This document shows positions 1 to 9,662 of a stretch of DNA of 64,000 nucleotides, one piece after another. Source of the stretch: a virus; the IMG/VR virus record IMGVR_UViG_3300032214_000986, positions 1-64,000 of that record. One strand, 5' to 3'. Below the pieces are notes generated by a model, which saw nothing but the letters and a program-made list of their open reading frames with translations, was not told the origin of the DNA and did not search any database. Positions within the stretch are counted from its first letter, which is position 1, and each line of letters begins with the position of its first letter. Position numbers and translations under genes: made by a program.

Positions 1-189
1 GTTTTTACCTTTCAAGTCACCAACCCAAGCAAATGGGATGAATGTGTCAGGACGTAACATTTTTCCCTTAACAGGGTCCTGAATTACTTTATATATCTTT
101 GAGGATTTGTAATCGTATTCGAGTGATACGATATATTTTTCTTCGTCTTCGCCTAATAAAAAGCGTTCAATTTCTTCTTGAGGTACCAT
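1..189 (-). CDS. Gene running off the left edge (only its first 63 codons present); possibly the N-terminus of a phage family B DNA polymerase
   Basis: Not in the ORF track. ATG at 189 opens MVPQEEIERFLLGEDEEKYIVSLEYDYKSSKIYKV... with no stop to position 1. The polymerase call rests on recalled similarity to large-phage polymerase N-termini; no catalytic motif is in the window. Confidence 0.45.
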   Translation of the reverse strand, partial: MVPQEEIERFLLGEDEEKYIVSLEYDYKSSKIYKVIQDPVKGKMLRPDTFIPFAWVGDLKGKN

Positions 190-210
190 ATTTATATTTT
201 TTTAGTTTTG

Positions 211-281
211 GGTCATTATACTCACAAACATGTTGTGATTTCCCTTGACTAATAAATACGATTTATATGGTTAAATGTCAA
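211..281 (-). promoter_or_regulatory. Promoter (TTGACA-N17-TATTTAT) followed by a structured 5' leader
   Basis: Minus strand reads TTGACA (281-276), 17 nt, TATTTAT (258-252), then a leader with GTCA/TGAC and TCACA/TGTGA inverted repeats (249-212). Confidence 0.55.
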
Positions 282-631
282 ACGATATTGATATAAAGAT
301 TTTCTCTAATTGGTACAATTAGGTCCCCATTCTCTAAAATAATAGAGAATTCACCAACGTAACGACCAACCTTATTAGTGTCCTTAGCATTCCACTTGTA
401 GTATACATAATATTCTCTTGGGGAATCGGGGTTGGTTCTATACTTTTCAGTTAGGTACGCATCTTTCATAAAAATTTTTTGTATCCCGTTACTTTCTAAT
501 TTCATGGAAAACCTAATAGACGCATTATCTAAAATACTATAGAAATCTTTAGCGGCATCAGTTCTTCCGTCATAAACAACATCCATTTTTAAAATAGGTA
601 AAGTTGCGTTTTGTTTTATAAAAAATTCCAT
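278..631 (-). CDS. Virion protein, BppU-like baseplate N-terminal (Ig-like) domain
   Basis: FFIKQNATLP start and Y.W...DT..VG.Y.GEF.I...G...VP pattern typical of BppU-like domains; follows a structural gene. Confidence 0.5.
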   Translation of the reverse strand: MEFFIKQNATLPILKMDVVYDGRTDAAKDFYSILDNASIRFSMKLESNGIQKIFMKDAYLTEKYRTNPDSPREYYVYYKWNAKDTNKVGRYVGEFSIILENGDLIVPIRENLYINIV

Positions 632-643
632 ATAAATGTTATA

Positions 644-2935
644 TTAACAAGGGGGATTTAATAGGGTATATTCCGTAACTATACCACTAGCATTTATTAC
701 AACCCAATGTAACTCAGTAAAACGTGAGATAATACCATCAGCGGCAACTACAAAATGACCTTGTTGGTACGGGCTACTTGGGTCGTAATATTGACCAACA
801 AATGAACCAACATTTAAAGGCCCTGTTATAACTCCGGTTTGTCCCGCATATTGATAATTGTTGCATATAATAATTTGAGCAGCCTCTGGTGTAGCAACGT
901 AAGTAAACGAATCCCATGGTGCTAGGTCATTTTGTCTAAAACCATTCCAAAAAGTTGGTTGGGTATTAAGTGTAGGTGTAGGTGTTGGGGTTGGACTTAT
1001 AGTAGGTGTAGGTGTTGGGGTGCCCATTGTTGGTGTTGGGGTTGGTGTTGGGGTTGGTGGGATTAAACAATTGGGACACCAAAAATTAAATAATCGGTAT
1101 TGGCTCTCCAATAGTCTAAAATTATGTTGTATTGACGGAGATCCTAATGGTTCTGTATACATTCTAAATTGAGATATTCCTCCCATAAATGTCCCTCCAA
1201 AATTTTGTTCGACCAAGATATTTGTACTTAATCCACTATATGTTGTTGCAGATAAAATATTATTTGGGAATAATTCAGGGTCTTGTCTATATGGGCCATA
1301 CGGTGTTGTTGTTGACGAAAAAATTAAATGGTCATGTAAACCTTGTGACCCACCACCAAAAGATATATTAAAAGGTACCCCAATTTGTTTTTCTTTTTCG
1401 GTGTTTAATTCTCTTGGGATTATCTCCTCGAAGTTTTCAATCTCCATAAATTTATACCCATTAACGTATAACTTTAAAGTTCCCATCCTATAGAATGTAT
1501 CGTCAAACCATTTTTTATTAAAATTAACTTGATAAACTTTATTTTCTTTAGTTCCCCCGGAATGTGTTTCAGGCGGCATTATCAAATTATAAGACGTACC
1601 ATTTAATATCGATTGGTATGTAACTTTTCTAATATCATTTAATCCGCCTAAATTTAATAAGTCACAGTTTTCTATTGTTGTGTACCTCTCAAATACTGCA
1701 CTAATCATAACCCATCGGTCTTCAGTAATTGCGGTACAAACATATCCACAAACATCATAAATTGGTGGTGAACAAACTTCAGTAATTGTATAACCTGTTT
1801 GATAAGTTAAACCAGTTGTTAAACAACTTCCTGTCGTCACACAATCCCCGGTTATTTTAATGTACTTAACACACAGACTTGGATTTGCAGGACACCCGTT
1901 AAATCTTATTGACATACCGTTAGATAATACGTCAAATTTAGGGTCTAATGGTGGTACAGGAATTTGTTCCGTACAAGCACCACACCCACAACCAATATTG
2001 TGATATGCAGTTGTTGCACTTTTAGGGTAGACATTAATACAATTAGAATTAGTGGCTCCCGTATCGGAACACGCACATGTTGTTAATTCTGATAAACCTG
2101 AAGTAACTCTCGTATACCCACTATTCGACAATGGACTACCACTTGCGAAATGATAGTATTTATTCTCGGCTCTCGTACCAAAATAAAAAAACGTACCAGC
2201 GTTGTTATTATACACATCATTTAAGTATTGTTGGGTATTCGTATCCGCCGTGTAAATGTCACGAATTCTCGGTTTTAACATCATCTCAACAGTCCACCCT
2301 TTATTTACCCTTTCAGGGAATACTTCATAATCATAACCAAATAACTTATAAAACCCTTGGTAAAACCCCCCGTAAAGTTGTTGATAATAACCAATATAAG
2401 GGTCATAATCAGAAACAATATTGTATAATGTGTTTTTTGGTCTACCTGAAAAAACTTGATTGGGTGATAAAGTATAACCTGTAACCATATGAAGTTTCAT
2501 CCTCCTATCATAATAATGTGGGTGAAATTTATAATCGTTTCTAATACCCATTGAGTAGTACAAAGTGTTGCCTGACATACCGGTATATAAACCGTTATCT
2601 GTTGCAACTAAACCAACATCACAAGTACCTGTAAACGCAGAGTAACAACTTAAATCTAAATTATTTGGATTATAATAATTTTTAGAAACTATAGTTGCGC
2701 CTGAAATATATTGACCAAAACTAATACTATTTTGAGGGGAACAATCCGAACTCGTTATATCTATGTTAATTGGTAGTCTATTACCGTCATTTTCTGCAAT
2801 CAGATTAGTCGAGAAAACACTTTCTTGATTGTAATCCCCTTCATCTGCAGCTAAAGTTAAGTCAAAATATTGACCATATCTTAAATTAGATTTGTATTTT
2901 GGAAAATAATATGTATTTAGGTTCTGCGTCGGCAT
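644..2935 (-). CDS. Large virion structural protein (Cys/Thr/Gly-rich, ConA/LamG-like elements, Pro-Thr linker)
   Basis: 763 aa; WTVEMMLKP, LKLYVNG and FMGGISQFRMYTEPL resemble a split LamG-like fold; PT linker near the C-terminus; TATTTAT upstream. Confidence 0.55.
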   Translation of the reverse strand: MPTQNLNTYYFPKYKSNLRYGQYFDLTLAADEGDYNQESVFSTNLIAENDGNRLPINIDITSSDCSPQNSISFGQYISGATIVSKNYYNPNNLDLSCYSAFTGTCDVGLVATDNGLYTGMSGNTLYYSMGIRNDYKFHPHYYDRRMKLHMVTGYTLSPNQVFSGRPKNTLYNIVSDYDPYIGYYQQLYGGFYQGFYKLFGYDYEVFPERVNKGWTVEMMLKPRIRDIYTADTNTQQYLNDVYNNNAGTFFYFGTRAENKYYHFASGSPLSNSGYTRVTSGLSELTTCACSDTGATNSNCINVYPKSATTAYHNIGCGCGACTEQIPVPPLDPKFDVLSNGMSIRFNGCPANPSLCVKYIKITGDCVTTGSCLTTGLTYQTGYTITEVCSPPIYDVCGYVCTAITEDRWVMISAVFERYTTIENCDLLNLGGLNDIRKVTYQSILNGTSYNLIMPPETHSGGTKENKVYQVNFNKKWFDDTFYRMGTLKLYVNGYKFMEIENFEEIIPRELNTEKEKQIGVPFNISFGGGSQGLHDHLIFSSTTTPYGPYRQDPELFPNNILSATTYSGLSTNILVEQNFGGTFMGGISQFRMYTEPLGSPSIQHNFRLLESQYRLFNFWCPNCLIPPTPTPTPTPTMGTPTPTPTISPTPTPTPTLNTQPTFWNGFRQNDLAPWDSFTYVATPEAAQIIICNNYQYAGQTGVITGPLNVGSFVGQYYDPSSPYQQGHFVVAADGIISRFTELHWVVINASGIVTEYTLLNPPC
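970..1061 (-). repeat. Pro-Thr low-complexity repeat (coding)
   Basis: Encodes PPTPTPTPTPTMGTPTPTPTISPTPTPTPT. Confidence 0.9.
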
Positions 2936-2946
2936 ACTTTTTTATG

Positions 2947-2973
2947 ATAAATACTTTGTTTGGAGTATTTATA
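2947..2973. promoter_or_regulatory. Divergent pair of TATTTAT motifs (putative late promoters)
   Basis: ATAAATA at 2947-2953 precedes the minus gene starting at 2935; TATTTATA at 2966-2973 precedes the plus gene at 2987. Confidence 0.6.
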
Positions 2974-2986
2974 GGTAAAAGCCGGA

Positions 2987-3736
2987 ATGAAAAGTTATAA
3001 ATACTCAACAAAAGACAGAGCAGAAAGAGTTGCTAAAACTTTAGGGTGTACTGGATCTCATCATCATAATGAAAATGGTGAGAAAAAATTTATGCCGTGT
3101 AAGACTCACGAAATCTTTAAATCTAAACTAAAAAAAGATAAAAAAGATGAACAGGAAGTTACTGAACTTGTTGATACCGATGGTACTTGGTTATCATCAA
3201 GTATTGGTATTTTAGATCCGGCAAGTACAGGTATTGGGACAAAAACGACCGACCAAATAGTACAAGCAGCAAGAAATCCGAGAGACCCATTATTAAGAGG
3301 GTGGTACGGTTATTATGGTGAGGGCACAGTTAAAGAAGAAGACATGTCAAAAGCGTTCGGGTATGAGGACACAAAAGATTTAGACGCTAAAGATACGATT
3401 AAATATTTTGAAAAAAAATTAGGTGACGAGCAATCGGCAATAGAAAGAGCAGCATCATTCGGTAAAAAAGAAAAATTAGAAAAAAACGCACCTAAAAAAT
3501 TAAAAAGACTTAAAAACTTTATAGATAGATTAATCCTTAAAGAAAAAGAATTAGACGAATCTGAAGTACGTGAAGATAGAATAGTAGATAGAGATAAAAA
3601 AGATAATGATTTAACTAAAAAAAAATTAGAAGTATCTCCTCTTTTACTTAGAAATATTAGGTCAATAAAAAAAGCTGCTAAAGAAAATGGGATAACCTTT
3701 AAAGAGTTAGTACAAATAATGAAAGATGAACAGTAA
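2987..3736 (+). CDS. Hypothetical head-associated protein with N-terminal C/H motif (GCxGxHxH...MPCxxH)
   Basis: 249 aa ORF; potential metal-binding motif; many (V/L)xE sites. Confidence 0.55.
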   Translation: MKSYKYSTKDRAERVAKTLGCTGSHHHNENGEKKFMPCKTHEIFKSKLKKDKKDEQEVTELVDTDGTWLSSSIGILDPASTGIGTKTTDQIVQAARNPRDPLLRGWYGYYGEGTVKEEDMSKAFGYEDTKDLDAKDTIKYFEKKLGDEQSAIERAASFGKKEKLEKNAPKKLKRLKNFIDRLILKEKELDESEVREDRIVDRDKKDNDLTKKKLEVSPLLLRNIRSIKKAAKENGITFKELVQIMKDEQ

Positions 3737-4175
3737 TTTATACGATAGACAAGCAAAGTTACCAGAATCATTAATAAAACATTTAAAACAATGTTTTAAT
3801 TCCACCAATGGTGACACTAATACTGAAGGTTATAAAAGAAATCAAGAACTAACTAAAAGTGGTTTAGTTACTTACCAACAAATCAAAAGAATAAAAAATT
3901 GGTTTGATAGTTATAATGGTAATAAAGAAGATGCGCCATTTATTTTAAATGGTGGTGATAGAATGAATAATTGGTGTGATGAGGTTTTAAAAAATTGGAG
4001 GGGTTCTGATGATTCATCTAAAAAAATAAAATCAGATACTGGCATGCAAAACCAATATTTAGATTCACACGAAAAGAATTCTTTCAATTTAAATGATAAA
4101 CACACAACAACCGCAGATAGTTTATCAGTAACTGAAGAAATAAAAAGAATAAATAAACTTATAAAAGATATTTGA
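3726..4175 (+). CDS. Hypothetical phage protein
   Basis: 149 aa ORF overlapping the upstream gene; C-terminal VTEEIKRINKLI amphipathic motif. Confidence 0.6.
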   Translation: MNSNLYDRQAKLPESLIKHLKQCFNSTNGDTNTEGYKRNQELTKSGLVTYQQIKRIKNWFDSYNGNKEDAPFILNGGDRMNNWCDEVLKNWRGSDDSSKKIKSDTGMQNQYLDSHEKNSFNLNDKHTTTADSLSVTEEIKRINKLIKDI

Positions 4176-4176
4176 T

Positions 4177-4470
4177 ATGGCAATTCAATCAGATAAATTA
4201 GATTTTTCACAACCAAATAATGACCTATCTAAGATCGCCGAAGAGCAAAGAAAAAGACTTTTCCCAAGAAATGACTTCTCACCTGTTGACCAATATTCAT
4301 CGGTTCACCCTGACGCATTAGCAAATGGTGATAAGATTGGTAGAGGAACAGGAGTTGAGTTAGATATTTATAATAACAACATAGGTACAAGTACTGACGT
4401 TGCGGAAAGAAAAGACGACTTAAAGGTAAATAAATATTCACAAAACAACCCATATTATTCAGTACAATGA
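4177..4470 (+). CDS. Hypothetical phage protein
   Basis: 97 aa ORF tightly packed in the operon. Confidence 0.6.
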   Translation: MAIQSDKLDFSQPNNDLSKIAEEQRKRLFPRNDFSPVDQYSSVHPDALANGDKIGRGTGVELDIYNNNIGTSTDVAERKDDLKVNKYSQNNPYYSVQ

Positions 4471-4895
4471 AATTAATGAATAGTCTTAAAGGTTTAATTA
4501 CTGAGATTGCATCAATACAAGATATCCAGCACTCAATAAAAATGAAAAACGTTATGACAATAAATTATAACGGAAAAGAGTATGGTAGAGGGTATCGTGA
4601 TATCGAGCCAGTATGTTTTGGTGTTAGTAAATCAGGTAATTTTGTTTTAAGAGCTTGGGAAAGAGAGGGTTCGTCACACTCAAATAAAGTTGAAGGTAAC
4701 CCAATACCCGGATGGAGATTATTTAGAGTAGATAAAATATTGACTTACCAACTACAAGGAGATAAATTTACAGAGTCACGTCCATTGTATAACCCAAATG
4801 GTGATAAATCAATGTCTAGAGTTATTGTTAACGCAGTATTTGATAATCAGGGTAACGAGGAGGATAATATTAATAATTTAGAAAATTTAGCATAA
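4467..4895 (+). CDS. Stand-alone WYL-domain protein
   Basis: I.Y......R.IEP..FG......LRAW...GWRLFRVDKI matches the WYL pattern; no wHTH domain. Confidence 0.75.
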   Translation: MKLMNSLKGLITEIASIQDIQHSIKMKNVMTINYNGKEYGRGYRDIEPVCFGVSKSGNFVLRAWEREGSSHSNKVEGNPIPGWRLFRVDKILTYQLQGDKFTESRPLYNPNGDKSMSRVIVNAVFDNQGNEEDNINNLENLA

Positions 4896-4896
4896 T

Positions 4897-5517
4897 ATGG
4901 GAGCAGCAGAAGAATTAATGCAGAGACTCGCAGTCTCAAAAAAAATAATGGATAAACATAATGACCTAAAAAGAGGTGAGGTAAGAAACACAAATATGCC
5001 AATGGTCGAGGAATTTCAACCAACAAACGCATCGTATAATTTACCGCAAGAGTTTTTATCCGAAAACGTATCACCGAAACAAACACACGACCCTAGTCAG
5101 CCGTTAGATATGGAAAAAATTAAAAATTCAAAATTACCTGAAGAAATTAAAAGGTTAATGATAGAACAACCAATCGTACAACCTTCAACAGTAACACCAA
5201 CAATTTCAAATGATATTATTGAGGGAGCACAAAGATTAATGAATATGAATTCAAACTCCACAACACCACAAGAATATGTATCTAAGGGGGTAACAACAAA
5301 ACAACCATCACCATCACCATCTAATTTTAATATGAGTGAAATGAAATCTATGATACGTGACGTAGTTAGAGACACGGTAAGAGATGTTGTTAGAGAAGAA
5401 CTAAAAGATGCTGGTATGTTAGTTGAGTCAACTCAGAATTCAAATGAAACAATACAATTTAAAGTGGGTAATCATTTGTTCATAGGTAAAGTCAACAAAG
5501 TGAAAAAACTAAGTTAA
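4897..5517 (+). CDS. Hypothetical phage protein
   Basis: 206 aa ORF, last of the operon before a terminator. Confidence 0.65.
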   Translation: MGAAEELMQRLAVSKKIMDKHNDLKRGEVRNTNMPMVEEFQPTNASYNLPQEFLSENVSPKQTHDPSQPLDMEKIKNSKLPEEIKRLMIEQPIVQPSTVTPTISNDIIEGAQRLMNMNSNSTTPQEYVSKGVTTKQPSPSPSNFNMSEMKSMIRDVVRDTVRDVVREELKDAGMLVESTQNSNETIQFKVGNHLFIGKVNKVKKLS

Positions 5518-5519
5518 TC

Positions 5520-5545
5520 AAATCCACCTTAAGGGTGGATTTTTT
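5520..5545 (+). terminator. Rho-independent terminator
   Basis: AATCCACC-ttaag-GGTGGATT followed by a T tract. Confidence 0.8.
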
Positions 5546-5584
5546 GTTTTAAATATATTATTTTTTACTTAAATAATTTTTTAT

Positions 5585-6793
5585 ATGAGTAAAATAAGAG
5601 TATTAGTATTACCATCAGATAAGACAGGTGTTGGTAAATTTAGAAGTTTAGACCCACACATTTGTTTACAAAATAACCATTCAGATGAATTTCATGTTGA
5701 TATTGATTATGAACCAAGAGTTAATGATTTAAACTATTGGAAACAGTACGATATCGTTCATTTCCATAGAACAATCGGTCATGAGTATGAAAATTCTGTA
5801 GAATTAATAAAAAAAATTAATTCATTAGGTATTGTAACAATAGCCGACATCGACGACTATTGGTTGCCAACGAAAGAACACCCTGTACATAGTTTAGTAA
5901 TGGAACACCGTTTACATGAAAAAATTATGAACAATTTAAAAGTGGCTCAACATGTGACAACGACAACATCAGTTTTTGCAAAAGAAATATCCAAATTAAA
6001 TAAAAGTGTTCATATATTACCTAACGCGATAAACCCTAACGAACCACAATTTAAATATGAAACGGAACCTTCAGATAAGTTAAGATTTGGATGGTTAGGG
6101 GGGTCATCTCACCTTTACGATTTAAAATTATTAGATGGCACAATAAATAAATTAAAACCACAACAAGATAAATTTGAAATGTATCTATGTGGGTTCGATA
6201 CAAGAGGTACCGTTACTGAAATTAATCAGCAAACTAGAGAACAAAAACAAAGACCTATCACACCACAAGAGACTGTTTGGGCAAGGTATGAAGAAATTTT
6301 TACAAATAATTATTCTTTTGTTGACGACCAACACAAAGAATATTTAATGAGATTTGAGGATGTTCCATATGATGGTAAAACATTCTATAATAGAATTTGG
6401 ACAAAACCTGTGACTTCTTACGCATCTAATTATAGGTTATTTGACGTATCTTTAGCACCTATCAAAAATCACATTTTTAATAGAGTTAAGTCACAACTTA
6501 AAGTTATTGAGGCTGGGTTCTATAAAAAGGCAATTATCGCATCAAACATAGGTCCATATACAATAGATTTAAAACACGCACTTAAAAATGGTGAATTTAC
6601 TGATGGTAACGCACTTTTGGTTGATGAGGTTAGGAATCATAGTGATTGGTCAAAATACATGAAAAAATTAATTGATAACCCTAATTGGGCTTACGATTTA
6701 GGTCAAAGGTTATATGAAACCGTAAAAGACACTTACGACTTAAATAAAGTCACAAGAGATAGGGCGGAATTATATAAATCATTAATTAAATAA
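5585..6793 (+). CDS. Glycosyltransferase, GT-B/GT4-like
   Basis: DIDDYW, FGWLGGSSH and FDVSLAP...FNRVKSQLKVIEAG...IIAS motifs. Confidence 0.8.
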   Translation: MSKIRVLVLPSDKTGVGKFRSLDPHICLQNNHSDEFHVDIDYEPRVNDLNYWKQYDIVHFHRTIGHEYENSVELIKKINSLGIVTIADIDDYWLPTKEHPVHSLVMEHRLHEKIMNNLKVAQHVTTTTSVFAKEISKLNKSVHILPNAINPNEPQFKYETEPSDKLRFGWLGGSSHLYDLKLLDGTINKLKPQQDKFEMYLCGFDTRGTVTEINQQTREQKQRPITPQETVWARYEEIFTNNYSFVDDQHKEYLMRFEDVPYDGKTFYNRIWTKPVTSYASNYRLFDVSLAPIKNHIFNRVKSQLKVIEAGFYKKAIIASNIGPYTIDLKHALKNGEFTDGNALLVDEVRNHSDWSKYMKKLIDNPNWAYDLGQRLYETVKDTYDLNKVTRDRAELYKSLIK

Positions 6794-6795
6794 TT

Positions 6796-7251
6796 ATGGA
6801 CCAAAAAAAAGGAAAAATAGGATTCACCGCAGGTAATTTTGATTTACTCCATCCAGGATATATCTATACGTTCGAAACTGCTAAAGAAAATTGTGATTAT
6901 TTTATAGTATTCCTACAAAGAGACCCATCAGAGACAAGGTTTACTAAATATAAACCAGTCGTTCCTTTATATGAAAGATATAAAACATTGATGTCTATTA
7001 AATACGTAGATGAAGTTATTTGTTATGACGATGAAGAAGACTTACTTAGGTTAATAGAATTTTATAAACCTGATTTAAGAATTTTAGGTGATGATTATAT
7101 CGGTAAAAGATTTACAGGAGACCACCTCTCAATTGAAGTTCTTTACACGACAAGGTCACATAATTGGTCAACAACAAAAATAAAAGACCTAATAACAATA
7201 CAAACTTTAAAACAAAATCCAGAAATAATTAAAAAATTAAAAGATGATTAA
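6796..7251 (+). CDS. Cytidylyltransferase (TagD/RfaE-like)
   Basis: GNFDLLHPGY (HxGH-like), ER...L..IKYVDEV, SHNWSTT. Confidence 0.8.
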   Translation: MDQKKGKIGFTAGNFDLLHPGYIYTFETAKENCDYFIVFLQRDPSETRFTKYKPVVPLYERYKTLMSIKYVDEVICYDDEEDLLRLIEFYKPDLRILGDDYIGKRFTGDHLSIEVLYTTRSHNWSTTKIKDLITIQTLKQNPEIIKKLKDD

Positions 7252-7972
7252 TATACCTATAACAAAAATTTTATTTTTAGACATTGAAACCGTTGGTTTA
7301 TGTCGTAATTGGGAGGGGTGTAAAGAAAACCACCCTAATATTGCCGAACAATTTGTAAAATATTATGATTGGTTTTTAAAACGATTTCCTGAAGATAATG
7401 TGGAAGTAAGTGGTTTAGAAGAAGAACTACAAAAGATGAATGACGTTTATGAGAAAAGATCAGCACTTGTTCCTGAATTTGCAAAGATTGTTTGTGTGTC
7501 TATGGCATTCGTAACTAACGAAGGTATTAAACAACAAACGTTTTCCAATCACGATGAAAAACAATTGTTAATTGATGTTAGAAACTTATTGGACCGTTGT
7601 CATAAATTAGATTTTTATCTTTGTGGTCACAACCTTAAAAACTTCGATATCCCGATGTTAGCCAAACGAATGATTATCAATGGGATTATGCCATCAAAAA
7701 TGCTACCTTCATATGATACAAAACCTTGGGAAGTTAGAGCTATTGATACGAAGGAAATTTGGCAATATGGGTCATACACATCAATTGGTTCATTAGATTT
7801 GGTTTGTTCTACTATGGGTATCGAAACACCAAAGGATGGTCCTATCCACGGAGGAAATGTACATGAAGTATATTGGAACAATCAAAGTAGATTAAATGAA
7901 ATATCAGAATACTGTGAAAAGGATGTTAAAGTGTTGGTTGATTTTATAACAAAATTAAAAGAATTGAAATAA
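7244..7972 (+). CDS. DEDD 3'-5' exonuclease (PolB-exonuclease-like)
   Basis: LFLDIET, GHNLKNFDIP and YCEKDV correspond to ExoI/II/III. Confidence 0.85.
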   Translation: MINIPITKILFLDIETVGLCRNWEGCKENHPNIAEQFVKYYDWFLKRFPEDNVEVSGLEEELQKMNDVYEKRSALVPEFAKIVCVSMAFVTNEGIKQQTFSNHDEKQLLIDVRNLLDRCHKLDFYLCGHNLKNFDIPMLAKRMIINGIMPSKMLPSYDTKPWEVRAIDTKEIWQYGSYTSIGSLDLVCSTMGIETPKDGPIHGGNVHEVYWNNQSRLNEISEYCEKDVKVLVDFITKLKELK

Positions 7973-8571
7973 TGTTTGAGAGATTAAAAGAAATGAAAGA
8001 AGGTATGAAAATGGTTAAAGACCTTCAATCAAAATTCGGAAATTTAAATATGGAAAACCCAGAAGAAATGTTAAAATCTATGGGTATCACATCGGAAGAC
8101 TTAGAGTCTCATTTTACGGAGGCTATGATTAATAAAGTTCAGATGAAATACACTAACGATAGTGATAATAAAGAACCTGAATATGCTTATCAATCTGATT
8201 CTGGTTTCGATTTAAGATCGGTGGAAGACATTTGGGTTCAGGCAAATGATAGAAAATTAATACCAACAGGTTTAAGATTTGATATTCCTGATGGTTTTGA
8301 AATACAAGTAAGGTCTAAAAGTGGTTTAGCCCTAAATCAAGGTTTAATGGTTTTAAATTCGCCAGGTACTGTGGATAGTGGTTACCAAGGTGAGATTAAA
8401 GTAATAATGTTTAATACTACAAATCAAAAAATAAAAATAGAAAAGGGTCAAAAAATTGCACAAGCGGTTGTGTGTCCCGTAGTAAATGGAAGATGGATAG
8501 ATTTAATAAAAGTAGAACAACTTTCAGAAAAAGACAGAAACGATAAAGGATTTGGGAGTACAGGACTATGA
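7972..8571 (+). CDS. dut: dUTPase (trimeric) with N-terminal extension
   Basis: SGFDL, RSKSGLA, GTVDSGYQGEIKV, R...GFGSTG. Confidence 0.95.
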   Translation: MFERLKEMKEGMKMVKDLQSKFGNLNMENPEEMLKSMGITSEDLESHFTEAMINKVQMKYTNDSDNKEPEYAYQSDSGFDLRSVEDIWVQANDRKLIPTGLRFDIPDGFEIQVRSKSGLALNQGLMVLNSPGTVDSGYQGEIKVIMFNTTNQKIKIEKGQKIAQAVVCPVVNGRWIDLIKVEQLSEKDRNDKGFGSTGL

Positions 8572-9662
8572 TAACTATTGGATTTTCCACAAGAAATATT
8601 GATAAGTCTTTTATTGAGATGTTAAAGAAAACCTCCGGTGTTAGTAATACGGAGGTTATTCCTATTGAAAATAATGGGGAATATTCTTTAACTGAGGCGT
8701 ATAATAAGATACTTTCACAATCTAAAAATGATATTGTCATATTATGCCACGATGACATTTACTTCGATAGTAAAAATTGGGGTCAAAAAATCTTAAAGCA
8801 TTTTAAAAGAAATAATGATTATGGAATTTTAGGTGTTGCTGGCTCAGTTAGTTTACCAAAATCGGCAAAATGGTGGGAAGATTTCTCTAAGATGAGAGGA
8901 ATTGTAAACCACGAACATGAAGGCAAAAAGTGGGAGTCCAAGTATTCACCAAGTTTGGGGAATCAAATTGATGATGTGGTCTTAGTTGATGGTCTTTTTA
9001 TAGGGTTAAATAAAAATAACATTAAAAATAATTTTAACCCAGATGTAAAAGGATTCCATTTTTACGATGTCGATTTTTCTTTTAGAAATTATATCGAGGG
9101 AGTAAATATAGGGGTGATTTATGATGTTAGAATAACACATAAATCAATAGGTCAAACAAATGACCAATGGGAAAAGAATAGAGAACTGTTTGCCGAAAAC
9201 AATAAAAATCTATTACCAATTAAAATTAAAAAAGAGGTAAATAAAAACTCAAACTTAAAAATTTTAGTTTTCGAGAATGATTTTTATAAATGTGAGAATT
9301 TACTATCAACCCTAAAAAAAATAAAATTCACCCCATCTTTTTGTGGTATGATATACGATGAAAAGATAATTAAAAAATTAAAACTTAATAATGTAAAAAG
9401 TTTTAATATTAATGAACCTTGTGGATATAAACTTGGTGATGGGAAGTGGGGATTTAATAGTCCTAATGGATTTGTTCCTGCAGAGGCAAATAAATTATAT
9501 AAAATATCTGAAGTTAATTTTGATATCGTCCATGTTATGGATGACAACATATTACCAATTGTTAAATCACTTTACCCTAACTCCGATATTTTTTTACAAA
9601 ATAAATCATATAACTCGGAAGACGAATTAATAAACGATTATAATAATTTTTTAAATGGTTAA
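8568..9662 (+). CDS. Glycosyltransferase (GT2-like, Glyco_tranf_2_5 type)
   Basis: SLTEAYN, LCHDDI, GILGVAG, VDGLF, GFHFYDVDFS. Confidence 0.8.
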   Translation: MITIGFSTRNIDKSFIEMLKKTSGVSNTEVIPIENNGEYSLTEAYNKILSQSKNDIVILCHDDIYFDSKNWGQKILKHFKRNNDYGILGVAGSVSLPKSAKWWEDFSKMRGIVNHEHEGKKWESKYSPSLGNQIDDVVLVDGLFIGLNKNNIKNNFNPDVKGFHFYDVDFSFRNYIEGVNIGVIYDVRITHKSIGQTNDQWEKNRELFAENNKNLLPIKIKKEVNKNSNLKILVFENDFYKCENLLSTLKKIKFTPSFCGMIYDEKIIKKLKLNNVKSFNINEPCGYKLGDGKWGFNSPNGFVPAEANKLYKISEVNFDIVHVMDDNILPIVKSLYPNSDIFLQNKSYNSEDELINDYNNFLNG

